The notes below the pieces were generated by a model, which did not search any database, had not been told where the DNA came from, and saw only the letters and a program-made list of their open reading frames with translations. The translations under genes were made by a program, and so were the position numbers. DNA of 64,000 nt, taken from positions 1-64,000 of IMG/VR virus record IMGVR_UViG_3300005542_000007, one strand, 5' to 3'. Below, piece by piece: positions 36,901 through 46,845 of this stretch. Numbering within the stretch: position 1 is the first letter of the stretch; each line of letters starts with the position of its first letter. The DNA is from a virus.

Positions 36901-38755
36901 GTTAGAAACAGATTCTGGATTGCAAACCAAAGCATTAAGAGATCCCACTCCAGAACAAGCTGGAAATTTATTTAATAGTACTCGTGGAGAGGTTCACCAG
37001 CTTCGTTGGTTTATCCCAATTGATGGACACCTTTATATGTGGGATGCCTATGATTTAACCCATTGGGATGCCATAAAGCAAATAGGAATTCCAGCTACTA
37101 AATTAGCTGAAGATATAAATACTGGAGTTGCACGTACAGATCAGGAAGCCGAAATAATTGCTGAAGAATTTAAAGAATTTGGTTTTGTTAATATGAATAA
37201 ACAAGCAAAACAATGGACAACACCTAAAGAACCAGTTAACCAACCAGGAATGTCTTGGCAATGGGCTGATTATATTTACGATTACATAGCTGAAATGTGG
37301 AGAGATTTGTTGCATGACTGGCTTGGACTTGATCCAGATAATTATGTGAAACCTGTTATTTTAATCCAAGAGATTTACGAAGACGAAGGCGTTGTATCAG
37401 CCTGGGTCCATTTGGAATTCATCAATAAAGCTGGCACTTCGGATGCCTTTATGAAGTTTGTTATTTCGGCCAAGATTGAAGGTGAAGAGAATGTTGAACC
37501 AGAAGGCAGGGAATACTACGAACACTTAACGGATTGGGAAATGGAAGTGGTGGATTATGGGAAGAGTGACGAACTAGAGAAGAGTTCTAGTTATGGTCCA
37601 ACAAATTACAAAGGGCCTTCTGTAGCTGATGAACTTTACCAAGATTCCCCATATCGCATGAATGTCACGTATTCGCCCGAAGAGGATGAAGAGTTGATGG
37701 ATCAAAACGGGAAAGGTGGATACCCCAATCGCTGGATGAGTAGGCACCGTGGACCTTACTACACGAACGAAGGCAAAGTAGTAAAGATGCTTGAAGAGAC
37801 GAGCGCCCTAGAAACTTTACCAGAACAACAGCCAATGCCAGAGCAAGCTAATACTGCTGTTATGACGGATGACGGATCTATTTATTATAGTAACGATCCA
37901 TACATGATTCATGTTAAGTTGATTAGAGAATTTGGCATTCCTGTTGAAAGAATTATCAGTGGTGGACATATAGTAGATGGAGTTTATTATGATACTGGTT
38001 CTAGGTCAGATACGATGCGATACGTTGAAAGGGAACTTGCTAAAAAAAGAGTTGAACAAAAGCACAAAGCATTAGGAAGGAAAGATATTAAAGCAGACAT
38101 TTCAGGTCAAGTAATTAACAATATTTTGAAGCTCATCCAACAAACTGGCGGAGCTACGTACAATTTAAGCAAAGGAAATCTCGTCGGAACAAATGCTTTT
38201 GCTGTGGCTATTTATCCTGACCGAGAGCAGATAGTTGAGGGCATTGATTTTGATACGTTGGAAGGATACGTTGCACAGAACGAAGATTTGCTTTCTAATT
38301 CCAATAATTCTTTTGGTGCGTGGGTTTCAAATGGGAAAGTATATCTGGATGTGGTTGCTACCGTACCAACGAAAGAACAAGCGATGGAGTTGGGTTACAG
38401 GCATAAGCAGCTTGCAATCTTTGACCTCAAGAATTTAGTTGAGATTCCATTGCAGAGAGTGGCAAAATTAGCTGCTGCTGTAAGCGATAAAGAGCAACAG
38501 GCATACTATGATAAAATATTTTCAGATAGGTGGCGCGATTCATCCGATCCCATAGATGGCGGTAATGAATACAACAAGGGTTGGAGTGAACTTAATGGCA
38601 ATGATTTTCCAGGGCCAAAAGATTTGGATAAAGAAAGAGCATTGCTTGACCAACTTGAAAAGCCTGTTAATCGTAATAATCCGGTTGGTTTGGGTGAATA
38701 TGCAATCACTTATTATGATGCTTTTCCCGACCAGGGTGACCAGGGCGGTATCTAA
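33920..38755 (+). CDS. giant mosaic protein: Pol-beta-type nucleotidyltransferase + HAD phosphatase + 2H phosphoesterase (Acb1/gp57B-like) + repeated domains
   Basis: VGS......SDMDIH; ILVDMDDT...EKP....VDDRA; HVTL...HVTV. Confidence 0.78.
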   Translation: MKKIVANILDWPKPSLEPAIWSEDNTLKPEVKKFILDFISSFAQANNFKATDQWITEVKFVGSLTTNCWNSNSDMDIHIGVDLPKFVEVERPEMSDKEASNYLDEIRKQVDQVKAKVPGTEHPTEIYFETEFTTHASQAFSGTYSVLEDKWLVEPHIVGQDFDISTLHPDLLNLAKETASELDAAFGEIKRDVADIKELNETINDWPAEQRSLFEKKLQKRLEDLESEIKELVVIREDVAEKRKHYDAVSEQEVRFKYLQKYFYMHVLTDLKTLLKQSPELSVKDIPVVENIMQQANLKLAYHEDENRILVDMDDTICHETSDNECGEPMEGVKEALTKLKEQGFEIVIFSHRADEKHGEDEIKKYLEVHEIPYDSIFQGEKPLAKFYVDDRAIHFDNWNSVLKQIEKSASLPNGYWIDPSGKRYPVTGLSGGMSHVDFIYKHFGVGRKDFDKKEKEMFKEGWSRISHDYTSEQQFFIQVGNLRNLPPYLDGFIAEFYKPNDPVKGILMEDGKEYITVNDPFPSLQEAVNEELKRPKIESSIDLPIIDPKTFQRKEPYALFIGTGDYGSAGKIDMFNVYGKHPMITESNAVPTVTLDTLVKENIPVIGKEPRAGDKQPVQDISGLVKQAQLGSKYDYSSTHFLLPTNIAEKIIRWGVENIPEEEIVHDPDGTKGIQVESHVTLKYGLLTDDFEEVKRVLDGEKAPHIKFGKTSFFEPEGKDYDVVVIEVESEDLQDLSKKLCSQVKCNDEHDGYNPHVTVAYVKKGLGKKYEGKDIITGEEIYLDTLTFSPKEGEPRQLELKNKVKKNASDYVHRAYNPQNPTAPDIFIYKNPSLEKFKQLYIESGMGLRYFITNSGDMWVWDSLELIHQDVAEQLGYDYNTAFEDLGQVEDDKTFNKFIKFYFSKPQKESSFMPSNTDLAPSNDWSGDVGWPGNEEMDPVWPRGDGENYYSPMDDRPREKSVWWKLLNMFKKQQPMSKKDVVPVKEASSNVFMLETDSGLQTKALRDPTPEQAGNLFNSTRGEVHQLRWFIPIDGHLYMWDAYDLTHWDAIKQIGIPATKLAEDINTGVARTDQEAEIIAEEFKEFGFVNMNKQAKQWTTPKEPVNQPGMSWQWADYIYDYIAEMWRDLLHDWLGLDPDNYVKPVILIQEIYEDEGVVSAWVHLEFINKAGTSDAFMKFVISAKIEGEENVEPEGREYYEHLTDWEMEVVDYGKSDELEKSSSYGPTNYKGPSVADELYQDSPYRMNVTYSPEEDEELMDQNGKGGYPNRWMSRHRGPYYTNEGKVVKMLEETSALETLPEQQPMPEQANTAVMTDDGSIYYSNDPYMIHVKLIREFGIPVERIISGGHIVDGVYYDTGSRSDTMRYVERELAKKRVEQKHKALGRKDIKADISGQVINNILKLIQQTGGATYNLSKGNLVGTNAFAVAIYPDREQIVEGIDFDTLEGYVAQNEDLLSNSNNSFGAWVSNGKVYLDVVATVPTKEQAMELGYRHKQLAIFDLKNLVEIPLQRVAKLAAAVSDKEQQAYYDKIFSDRWRDSSDPIDGGNEYNKGWSELNGNDFPGPKDLDKERALLDQLEKPVNRNNPVGLGEYAITYYDAFPDQGDQGGI

Positions 38756-38796
38756 AACCCCCCTTAAAAATATAATAAAATCAGGTATTATTAGGG
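38754..38796 (+). promoter_or_regulatory. phage-specific (probably late) promoter motif
   Basis: aaaaccccccttaaaaatataataaaatcaggtattattaggg. Confidence 0.7.
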
Positions 38797-38865
38797 AATG
38801 CTGTACCTACGCCCACAATTTTTATTTTAGAAGTAATTTTAATTAGACGTTTTTGGAGGTATCAA

Positions 38866-40029
38866 ATGAAAGATGTAACTCGTGAAAATTTCGAACGTGC
38901 TGAAAAAGAATTAAAGAAACAAGCTGAAGAGCTTGTTAATAAAGTTGAGCCCACTCCTACTATCCCAGAGATACAGGAAGTAGAGGCCGACCTCAAGGAT
39001 TTTTCTCTTACTGATAATGGAGCTTATTTGTCAGTCGCTCATCCAGCATTGCATGATGCTATGATTGGCGTGGTATCCAAGAACGAATACTCCAATGGCA
39101 ATAAAGAAGCTATTTTACGATCTGTTTTAGAAAATAAATTCGCTGATTACGTTTCAACGCACTCCCTTAAAATTGTTGGTTCTTTCACAGAACCCACAAT
39201 CAATCCCGCCCCTAAAGAAGAGGTGGTTGTAATTCCTGTCGAAAAGAAAGCTTCTGAAGAAAAACAAATTGAACCCGCCAAAGAAATAACCTCCGACCTT
39301 CCTCTACTCCGGTCTGCTGATTCTTTTCGCCAGAGCGTAGAAACGGTCGCTTTCCGATCCTCAGAAAAGCTTAATCGTTTTGTTACTGCTGCTACCAACG
39401 GCCTTGTTGAACATCTCAAGGGATTGCGTTATGACATGCCAAAGGTAACAGAAATCGATGCTGCTAATTTGTCAGAAAATGGTGAGAGTTTCAACGGTTT
39501 CATTACTGCTTCTGTTTCCTTAGAAAATGCAACAGGACCCAAATATTTAAACCTTCCAATTACAATCTCCGCTTCTAAAGTTGTTTATCCCAACGAGAAA
39601 GAAACAGCAGATTTTGTTTCTAAAGGCATTGATCTTCGCTCTAAACTTGAAGAAACTCTTGCTCTCGAAACTCTTACAGCAATGGCCAAGGTTGACGCTG
39701 AACAAGAATGGATTGACGAAAATGTATCGAACATCCTTTCTGAACGAACGGCTGAAATAAAGAAACAGGCTTCGGATTACACCGACGGAATCGCGTCGGT
39801 AAATCCAGGTTCACACATAAAAATGCAGAAACACCTGCTTCCAGGAGAATTAGAATCATGGGATGTAGGCGATTGTATTTACTCCGACGGGAAGAAATTT
39901 AAATTGGTTAGTAAGGGTGACGGCATAGACAGCAATGATAAGAACGCTGGAAGTGCGAGTCTTTGGGATTTCGTAGAATGTCTTCCTGATGAAGCTAGTA
40001 AAGAAACAAAGGCTGATATTCCCCGCTAA
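38866..40029 (+). CDS. putative virion head protein
   Basis: GGAGG RBS; KKQA/KKAS motifs; follows the late-type motif. Confidence 0.6.
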   Translation: MKDVTRENFERAEKELKKQAEELVNKVEPTPTIPEIQEVEADLKDFSLTDNGAYLSVAHPALHDAMIGVVSKNEYSNGNKEAILRSVLENKFADYVSTHSLKIVGSFTEPTINPAPKEEVVVIPVEKKASEEKQIEPAKEITSDLPLLRSADSFRQSVETVAFRSSEKLNRFVTAATNGLVEHLKGLRYDMPKVTEIDAANLSENGESFNGFITASVSLENATGPKYLNLPITISASKVVYPNEKETADFVSKGIDLRSKLEETLALETLTAMAKVDAEQEWIDENVSNILSERTAEIKKQASDYTDGIASVNPGSHIKMQKHLLPGELESWDVGDCIYSDGKKFKLVSKGDGIDSNDKNAGSASLWDFVECLPDEASKETKADIPR

Positions 40030-40035
40030 ATAAAA

Positions 40036-40908
40036 ATGAAACATGCACACAACTTTGTTGATTTAACAGGACAAGTATTTAACTTACTTACAGTTATTAA
40101 ATATCTTTATACTAAAAATAAAAAGGCCCATTGGCTTTGCAAATGTGCATGTGGAGATTCAAAATACGTTATTGCTTGTACACAGACCCTCAAGGAGAAT
40201 CGTACCAAATCTTGTGGTTGTTGGAAACAGGAGTCTTTCCGCAAAAGATCCACAACTCATGGTTTTAAATCCTCCGGCATATTTGAAAGCAATTTTTATG
40301 ATTTGTGGGGCGGTATGAAGGCGCGTTGTTTTAATCCCAATCATAAATCTTATCCCGACTATGGCGGTCGCGGAATAACTGTTTGCGATAGGTGGCTAAA
40401 ATTTGAAAACTTTCGAGATGATATGTGGAAAGAGTATTTACAAAGACGACAAGCTGGTGAAATTATTTCTCTGGATCGTCTTGAAGTAATGGGAAACTAC
40501 AAACTCTCTAATTGTAAATGGGCCACGGATATAGAGCAGGGTAAAAATACAAGAGCCTACGCGCAGTCAGAAAATCATAAAGAGCATGTTTATTGGAAAA
40601 ACTACATTGGCTCTTCTCTCAGCAGGTTGATTGCCCACCGCTGTAAAAGATCTAAAGTTATTGAGCCTTACTTAGGCTGTTCATTTTTAGAATTTAAACA
40701 ACACATTGATAGCCAGTTTCAACCAGGAATGTCCTGGGATAATTATGGCCGGGGTGTTGGAAAGTGGGAAATCGACCATATTTTAGGTTGTAACAATTTC
40801 GATCTTTCCAAAGAAATAGATCGTTTAAAATGTTTTAACTACACAAATCTCCGACCTTTTTGGAGTAGTGCAAATAGGCAAAAGAGTAGAATTTTAGTAT
40901 CTCGTTAG
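40036..40908 (+). CDS. HNH endonuclease, paralog of 20887-21708
   Basis: DLTG..F..LTV, WLCKCACG, YGGRGITVC.RW, SLDR...GNY...NCKW; MSWDNYG..WEIDH..FDL..YTNLRP. Confidence 0.82.
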   Translation: MKHAHNFVDLTGQVFNLLTVIKYLYTKNKKAHWLCKCACGDSKYVIACTQTLKENRTKSCGCWKQESFRKRSTTHGFKSSGIFESNFYDLWGGMKARCFNPNHKSYPDYGGRGITVCDRWLKFENFRDDMWKEYLQRRQAGEIISLDRLEVMGNYKLSNCKWATDIEQGKNTRAYAQSENHKEHVYWKNYIGSSLSRLIAHRCKRSKVIEPYLGCSFLEFKQHIDSQFQPGMSWDNYGRGVGKWEIDHILGCNNFDLSKEIDRLKCFNYTNLRPFWSSANRQKSRILVSR

Positions 40909-40920
40909 GAGCCTCACAAA

Positions 40921-43900
40921 ATGAAAAATTTACTAGCTTCTTGGTTTCGCAATTTAACCGCCTTCGACGAAGGACCTGTTGAACAGTCCTTCAGTATTGT
41001 AGACCCTACTGCGGCTCAAGCAGATGGATTGAACACGGTTATACTTTCTGTGAATCCTTCTGATGAGAATTCTCCTACTATTGTGTCATTAAGGTTTGAC
41101 CCAAGCGGGGTTAAATTATTTGAGAAGAAATATCAGAATGACGCCGAAGCACAAACCGAGATGGCTGCAATGGCTACAGATTTAAATGAAGCTTCTTCTC
41201 TTTCTAAGGCAGGAAAAACCGAGGAGGCCAAGAAATTGGCCGAAGCACTATTTGAAAAATATAAAAGACATTCAGAGCCAGTTGTGAATGAACAGCCAAC
41301 ATCTACAATGACTCAAGCTTCTCAAGACTCTTTACAATATAAGGGTTGGGCCATTCATAAGCGTCCCGAAGGTGACTGGATGGCAGAACACGATGTAATT
41401 AGTTTTCGTGCCGACAGTGTTGATACTTTGAAAGCAAAGATTGATAACGCTACACGCAAAGCTATAGGCCGTAAGCTCAAAGCGGGCATTACAATGCAGA
41501 ATCTGTTTTTTGATACCGTTGATGAGGCTATGGAATTCCAAGAGAAAACAAAAGCTCTCCAAGGTCCAGAAGGTTCTGAGGAAGGCAAGCCATTATGGGA
41601 ACAGATGGGTGCAGGAGAAGAGCAAGTAGCTCCTTCTAATGAAACAGAACCTGAAGAAGATACTGAGCTTGCTCCTCCAAGCTTAAGCTTTGATCGCATT
41701 GAGAAAGATAAAGCTAAAACTGATAAAGACATCGGCAAGCGTATTAAAGAGCAGGTTAAAACTGAAGTGGAATCCGCTTTGGAACAAAAGAGTGCATCCG
41801 TGTTTGGTCCAGACCAAGAAGAGCTTGTTGAAGCTCTTCGTAAGAATGGCCGCAACTGGGATGAAATTAAAAAGATTTTTACGAAAGAACTTTCTTATAA
41901 TGAAGATGACACAACTGTATTTTTAGACAGCATTCGACAGAAGGAAGAGGGCGGTCCCGCAGAAGGATTACCCATGGCTCCCAAGCCACCCGAAGATTTA
42001 GTATCGCCTGAAACCCATGATAAATTGGTTAAAGAGATTGAAGATAAATCTGAACCAAAGCCAGAGCCTTTGCCTTTAGCTGATGAAATCGCTCGTGCAG
42101 ATAATGCTGAAATTAGAAAGGTTGCAGATGTTACAGATTCTAGCCGAGGTCGTAATTGGAAAGTTACTTATTATGATAAGAATGATAAAGTAATTTCTTC
42201 TCATACAATTAAAGATCGCACAGAAGCAGAAGCTTCTAAAGAAGCACAGGGAGATATGCCTTCAGGTTGTGAAGATTGGTCCATGATGCCAGTTAAAAAC
42301 AAAAAGTCTTCACAAGAGAAAGTAGCACTCAACCCACTCCAAGAGCCTCCAGCCGTTGGACAAGCTCCTGGTCAGCCTTTGGCTGCTCCAGTAGAAGAAA
42401 ATCCAACATTTGATTCTCCAGTTCCTCCATCGCAAGACTCTAATCCAGAACCTGAATTTCTAGAAGCACCTCAAGCAGGTGACAGAGTTTATGTTATGGG
42501 AGATTATGAAACTGGTGAAGATGGATACGAAGGAACGATGGTTTCTGATTATACAAGCAAAGGCGATGAGTATGCTGTTATTTCTAAAGATAATGGAGAG
42601 AATGCAGAAGTTGCTTTGCATCGTGTTGTAAAGGCTTCCCAGAAGAAAGTAGCTCAGGTTTATTATGAAAAAGTAGCTTCTGAAATTTATTGTAAAAATC
42701 CCGATTGTAAACGCAAAGCTACAGTTCGTAGGCCGGATGGAAATTGGTGTGAAAAACATGCTCCCACCTATGAGAAGAAAGCTGCTAAAACATGCCCTAA
42801 TTGCGGAAAAGAAATTTGGGATGTTTCAACTGTAGATCAGCGTTTAAATAAATGCTGGAATTGTGGCATACGTTTTGATAATCCAGAGGAAGAATCAATT
42901 GAATCAGAAGCCGATCTAGAAGTTGAAGGTAAAGGCAACGAAGATGTAATTAGAATGTTCATTTCAGATTCTTTCCCAAAGGATAAGATGCCTGTTTGGG
43001 GAACAAACAATCTTAAAATTACTAAATACCCCAATGGTTGGGCTTTGGTTAATTATCAAACGCCCATTCTTTATAGAGGCAATGACAATCCCGATGTAAT
43101 TGTATTTAATGCACATAAGTATTCAGTTACTACAAGTAAGATTCAGACTCAGATTCGACGTATGTTTACTGGACAGTCTGTTAAAGAAACAGACGAATCT
43201 GGAATCTATGCCGCAATCGACCAGTCTAATTTAGCCGTTCCAGAACCAGAGTTTACTACAGAGCTTAAAAATGCCAGTTTAGCCGGACAGGATAGAATTG
43301 TAACAATGGTTTCTCAAATTATGGGTAGAGAAAAGAATCTCAATCAAGAAACCGTAGCCGATCTCGGTTATATAAAAATGTACGCGGAAGATGAACTTAA
43401 AACCACTTATGGTACTGATCTTCAATCTCTTCATGAATCTGCTTTAAAATTACAGGCTGAATTGGAACATGAAGGTGAAATTGCTATTTATTTTCATAAA
43501 GAAGGGATTGAAAAGAAAGCCGATATTTATGATGATTCTGCATTTGAAGCCAACGGATGGTGCAGGGTTTGGATTCAAGAACTTGCCATTACCTCAGATG
43601 CAAAATATCCAGAAATTTTAAAAATAGCTGATGAAAATGCTCGTATTACAGCTTTGAAAGAATTTGCAAGAGAGTTAGCTCACGAGGCATTGAGAGATGC
43701 TGATAGTGCTGCTAGTAAGGTTGGAGTACAATCTTGGTTTGAATCCTTGCAACCTTCCAACCATGATAGGATTGATTGGGTTTCTTTGGCTAACCCAACA
43801 CAAGAGAATGTGGAATCTTCTCTTAAAACAGCAGCCGATTCAGTTCCAGAAGTATCTAAAGAAGTTCCCACACAATTTAAAAATTTAGAAAGAGCCCCCG

Positions 43901-44454
43901 CTAAAACAGAGCGTGAGAAAGCTCAACCCGCTACCGAAGAACAAGCTAAGTTGGTTCAGGAAATGCAGAGTTCTTTAAGCAGCCTTGAATCTATCAAATC
44001 AATGGTAGCTCAAGCTAAAGCCAAATTAAATGAAGAAATTAAAAATATCGAACAGTCAGGTGGAAGAGTTAACCTTGAAGCAGGACTTAAAGAAAAAATG
44101 GAACGTCTTGCCAAGCTCGTCGAAGCTACAGAAAACCAGATGATTAATGCTGGAGATACCGTAGTTCGTTTAGTGCAAGAAACCAAAGAGAAACCTTTTA
44201 AACCCTCAGATGCTTGGAAGGTACAGAAGCTTGTTGAGAAATTCGCAGGTGCCCAGGAGTATCTAGATAAGGCAATTGCTGGTGCTCAGAGTTTGGCCAC
44301 AACCGAACAAGTTAGGGACTTGGTATTCTTTCCTCGCAAAGTAAGTAAACTTCACAAATCGGCTGGATTTGTAGAAACCCTTGACGCTGTATATAACGAT
44401 GTTCTTGAAGCACTAAAACTTATTATTGGAAGTGACGAACCAGCGGTGGCGTAA
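40921..44454 (+). CDS. large mosaic head-associated protein
   Basis: 1177 aa acidic protein; modules separated by KVA/KKA/KTA/KSA. Confidence 0.7.
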   Translation: MKNLLASWFRNLTAFDEGPVEQSFSIVDPTAAQADGLNTVILSVNPSDENSPTIVSLRFDPSGVKLFEKKYQNDAEAQTEMAAMATDLNEASSLSKAGKTEEAKKLAEALFEKYKRHSEPVVNEQPTSTMTQASQDSLQYKGWAIHKRPEGDWMAEHDVISFRADSVDTLKAKIDNATRKAIGRKLKAGITMQNLFFDTVDEAMEFQEKTKALQGPEGSEEGKPLWEQMGAGEEQVAPSNETEPEEDTELAPPSLSFDRIEKDKAKTDKDIGKRIKEQVKTEVESALEQKSASVFGPDQEELVEALRKNGRNWDEIKKIFTKELSYNEDDTTVFLDSIRQKEEGGPAEGLPMAPKPPEDLVSPETHDKLVKEIEDKSEPKPEPLPLADEIARADNAEIRKVADVTDSSRGRNWKVTYYDKNDKVISSHTIKDRTEAEASKEAQGDMPSGCEDWSMMPVKNKKSSQEKVALNPLQEPPAVGQAPGQPLAAPVEENPTFDSPVPPSQDSNPEPEFLEAPQAGDRVYVMGDYETGEDGYEGTMVSDYTSKGDEYAVISKDNGENAEVALHRVVKASQKKVAQVYYEKVASEIYCKNPDCKRKATVRRPDGNWCEKHAPTYEKKAAKTCPNCGKEIWDVSTVDQRLNKCWNCGIRFDNPEEESIESEADLEVEGKGNEDVIRMFISDSFPKDKMPVWGTNNLKITKYPNGWALVNYQTPILYRGNDNPDVIVFNAHKYSVTTSKIQTQIRRMFTGQSVKETDESGIYAAIDQSNLAVPEPEFTTELKNASLAGQDRIVTMVSQIMGREKNLNQETVADLGYIKMYAEDELKTTYGTDLQSLHESALKLQAELEHEGEIAIYFHKEGIEKKADIYDDSAFEANGWCRVWIQELAITSDAKYPEILKIADENARITALKEFARELAHEALRDADSAASKVGVQSWFESLQPSNHDRIDWVSLANPTQENVESSLKTAADSVPEVSKEVPTQFKNLERAPAKTEREKAQPATEEQAKLVQEMQSSLSSLESIKSMVAQAKAKLNEEIKNIEQSGGRVNLEAGLKEKMERLAKLVEATENQMINAGDTVVRLVQETKEKPFKPSDAWKVQKLVEKFAGAQEYLDKAIAGAQSLATTEQVRDLVFFPRKVSKLHKSAGFVETLDAVYNDVLEALKLIIGSDEPAVA

Positions 44455-44456
44455 CT

Positions 44457-44711
44457 GTGGACACATTATTAGAATTGCTCGGAAGTATTAAAGTAATCGG
44501 GCCCATAGGAGTTATTGCTCTTATAGAGATGTGGGCCATCTACTCTTTGTTCAATCGTCTACAGGACCTTCAAGACAAAAGACTGCAAGACTATGAAAAA
44601 ATGAAGGACGAGTACACGCAGCTATCGCAGGATATTAATCGCACTTTAGACACTGTTTTAAAAGTTATGGGCAAAAAAAATGGTAACGGGAATGGTACTA
44701 CAAATGGATAA
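44457..44711 (+). CDS. single-TM coiled-coil protein
   Basis: Hydrophobic N-terminus, then heptad-like region. Confidence 0.5.
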   Translation: MDTLLELLGSIKVIGPIGVIALIEMWAIYSLFNRLQDLQDKRLQDYEKMKDEYTQLSQDINRTLDTVLKVMGKKNGNGNGTTNG

Positions 44712-44991
44712 AAATGAATTGCTCGTAGGTAAAATTAAAGAACAAATTTCTCTAGCTGGTGTACAGGTAAAGCAACGAATGCAAAAGATTCAGCTAGAAC
44801 TATTGGAAGAACTGAACAATGAGAACGGAAACGGGGTTGATTTGCATTAATTGTGGTAATGAGTATTGGCACGTCTTATACGATTTTCATATGGGACATG
44901 GCGATGAAGAAACTCATTTGGAATTATTACGCTGCATGGATTGTGGCGTCATAAGAACAGAAAGATTTGAAACGATAAGGTAAAAAACTAC

Positions 44992-46620
44992 ATGTATGAT
45001 TTCTCTACTTTAGTTTCGTCCAATTATGACGAAGCCAAAATCACCAATTTATCTAAAGCTGCCTATGACCCTAGCTTTTGGGCTTTACAAAATTTGGGTG
45101 TAGACCTTTACGACAACCAAGTGGATATCATTGAAGCTTCCTGTGATATCGGTGTTAAATATCTGGCTATCCTTTGTGCTCGTGGTACTGGGAAGTCTCA
45201 CGCAGTAGCGGTGGCTATCGTTAAACTTTGTTTGGATTATCCAGGTCTTGCCGTAGGTATATTTGCCCCAAAAGAAGAACAGGCCAATCGCATTATTAAA
45301 GAAGAACTTATTGGGCACCTCCTTCTTCCATCCTCTCCTTGTTACAATTTTATTGACTGGAGCAACACGTCCCATTCCCACGTTCGTTTTAAGAATGGGT
45401 CAGACGTTTTAGCTCTTTCAGCTTCAGAACAAAGTCAGCAGGAAGGATATCACTTTTCAGTTGTAATTGTAGACGAAGCCCATGCCGTAAGCGACGCAAG
45501 TATTGCTACTCGTATTTCAGGAATGCTTGGGTCGTTTAAAATCTCTAAGCTCATTAAACTTGGAGTGGCAGTGGGCAGAAACCATTTTTGGAAAAGCTGT
45601 GCCGCTCCTAATACCGCTTTCAAAGTTATCGTAAAAGATTGGACACAGTGCCCAATTCTTCTTAATCAGGGTTCTCTCACTTATCAGGGAATGGAACTTC
45701 CAAAAGAAGTAATTGATAAGATGCCCATCACTTTGAAAAAGCAATATTTTCCTGATAGGCCTGACCTTCATTATGATTCTGTTGTAGGCATGACGGAATT
45801 GGATTTTAATTCCCACTATGCGATGATTTGGGAAAATGATGCCAATTTGGTTCTTAATGAAGAGAATCAAATTAGATTGGTTTCTGGAGATTTTGAACCA
45901 CTTGAGAGAGCTAATAAAGCAAGGATGGATAAGTACTTCTTTGGACTTGATACAGCATCGGGCTCAATCCTTCCAGGTAGGAAGGACCGAGATTTTAACA
46001 ACTTGGCTATTTGGCGTAAGACCCACGATAATATCTGTCAGAAAGTGGCTGTGTTTGAGTGGCAGGATGTTCCACCTTCAGATTTGATGGAAGATATAAA
46101 AGCAATCATTCATCCAGAAACTGGTTTGTTCCCTTGCGTATTTGGACTGGCCGACTTCAGTAATATTGCGATTAGTATGGTGGATTTTTTTAAGAAAGAG
46201 AAGATTCCAATAGACGGAATCCAGTACCAAGCTACTGAACCAACAACTCATAAAAATTATAAAAACGCGATGTTCGATCAGTTTGTATTTGAACTTGAAT
46301 GTGGAAGGGTGCAATATCCGAAGCTTGAGAAATTTCAGCAGGATAGAGTTTTCAATAAATCCTACCAGGAATGGTGTTTTATTGAGAGGCATCAGAAGCA
46401 AGGAATCAATGCAATTATTGAAGCGCCCTCTGCGGATTTTCACGATGATGCTCCTAACGCAGATGTTCTCGCAGTGTGGGCGGCAACACGAGTAGAAAAT
46501 TACCAAGGAACTTTTGCAACTCGTCCAATGATACAACCTTTGAGCGGTCCTGGTTCTATAGCGTCCCGAGGAATCCCAAATCCCGCAGACACCACTTTGA
46601 AAAGTAGGTTTTTGAAATGA
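44992..46620 (+). CDS. terL: terminase large subunit
   Basis: LYDNQ, ARGTGKS (Walker A), VIVDEAH (Walker B), FGLD, HDD nuclease acidic residues; next to the portal gene. Confidence 0.88.
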   Translation: MYDFSTLVSSNYDEAKITNLSKAAYDPSFWALQNLGVDLYDNQVDIIEASCDIGVKYLAILCARGTGKSHAVAVAIVKLCLDYPGLAVGIFAPKEEQANRIIKEELIGHLLLPSSPCYNFIDWSNTSHSHVRFKNGSDVLALSASEQSQQEGYHFSVVIVDEAHAVSDASIATRISGMLGSFKISKLIKLGVAVGRNHFWKSCAAPNTAFKVIVKDWTQCPILLNQGSLTYQGMELPKEVIDKMPITLKKQYFPDRPDLHYDSVVGMTELDFNSHYAMIWENDANLVLNEENQIRLVSGDFEPLERANKARMDKYFFGLDTASGSILPGRKDRDFNNLAIWRKTHDNICQKVAVFEWQDVPPSDLMEDIKAIIHPETGLFPCVFGLADFSNIAISMVDFFKKEKIPIDGIQYQATEPTTHKNYKNAMFDQFVFELECGRVQYPKLEKFQQDRVFNKSYQEWCFIERHQKQGINAIIEAPSADFHDDAPNADVLAVWAATRVENYQGTFATRPMIQPLSGPGSIASRGIPNPADTTLKSRFLK

Positions 46621-46841
46621 GAAAAGAACGAGCATTGAGCGAATCAAAAAACTATCTAATTTCTGTACATGATACTCTTCGAAAAGTTTTTAGAGATGCT
46701 GCTCCAGAGGAACAAGTATTTATTACTGCTGCTTTAGAAGGCATAGAGAAAGATGTAAAACAATTAGAAATGTTAGAGGATATGATGAAGGTTTGGAAGG
46801 CAACTAAAGGAAAGAATCTAGAAACGATAACAGAGGAATAA
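46617..46841 (+). CDS. hypothetical protein
   Basis: ATGA coupling. Confidence 0.5.
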   Translation: MRKERALSESKNYLISVHDTLRKVFRDAAPEEQVFITAALEGIEKDVKQLEMLEDMMKVWKATKGKNLETITEE

Positions 46842-46845
46842 AATT

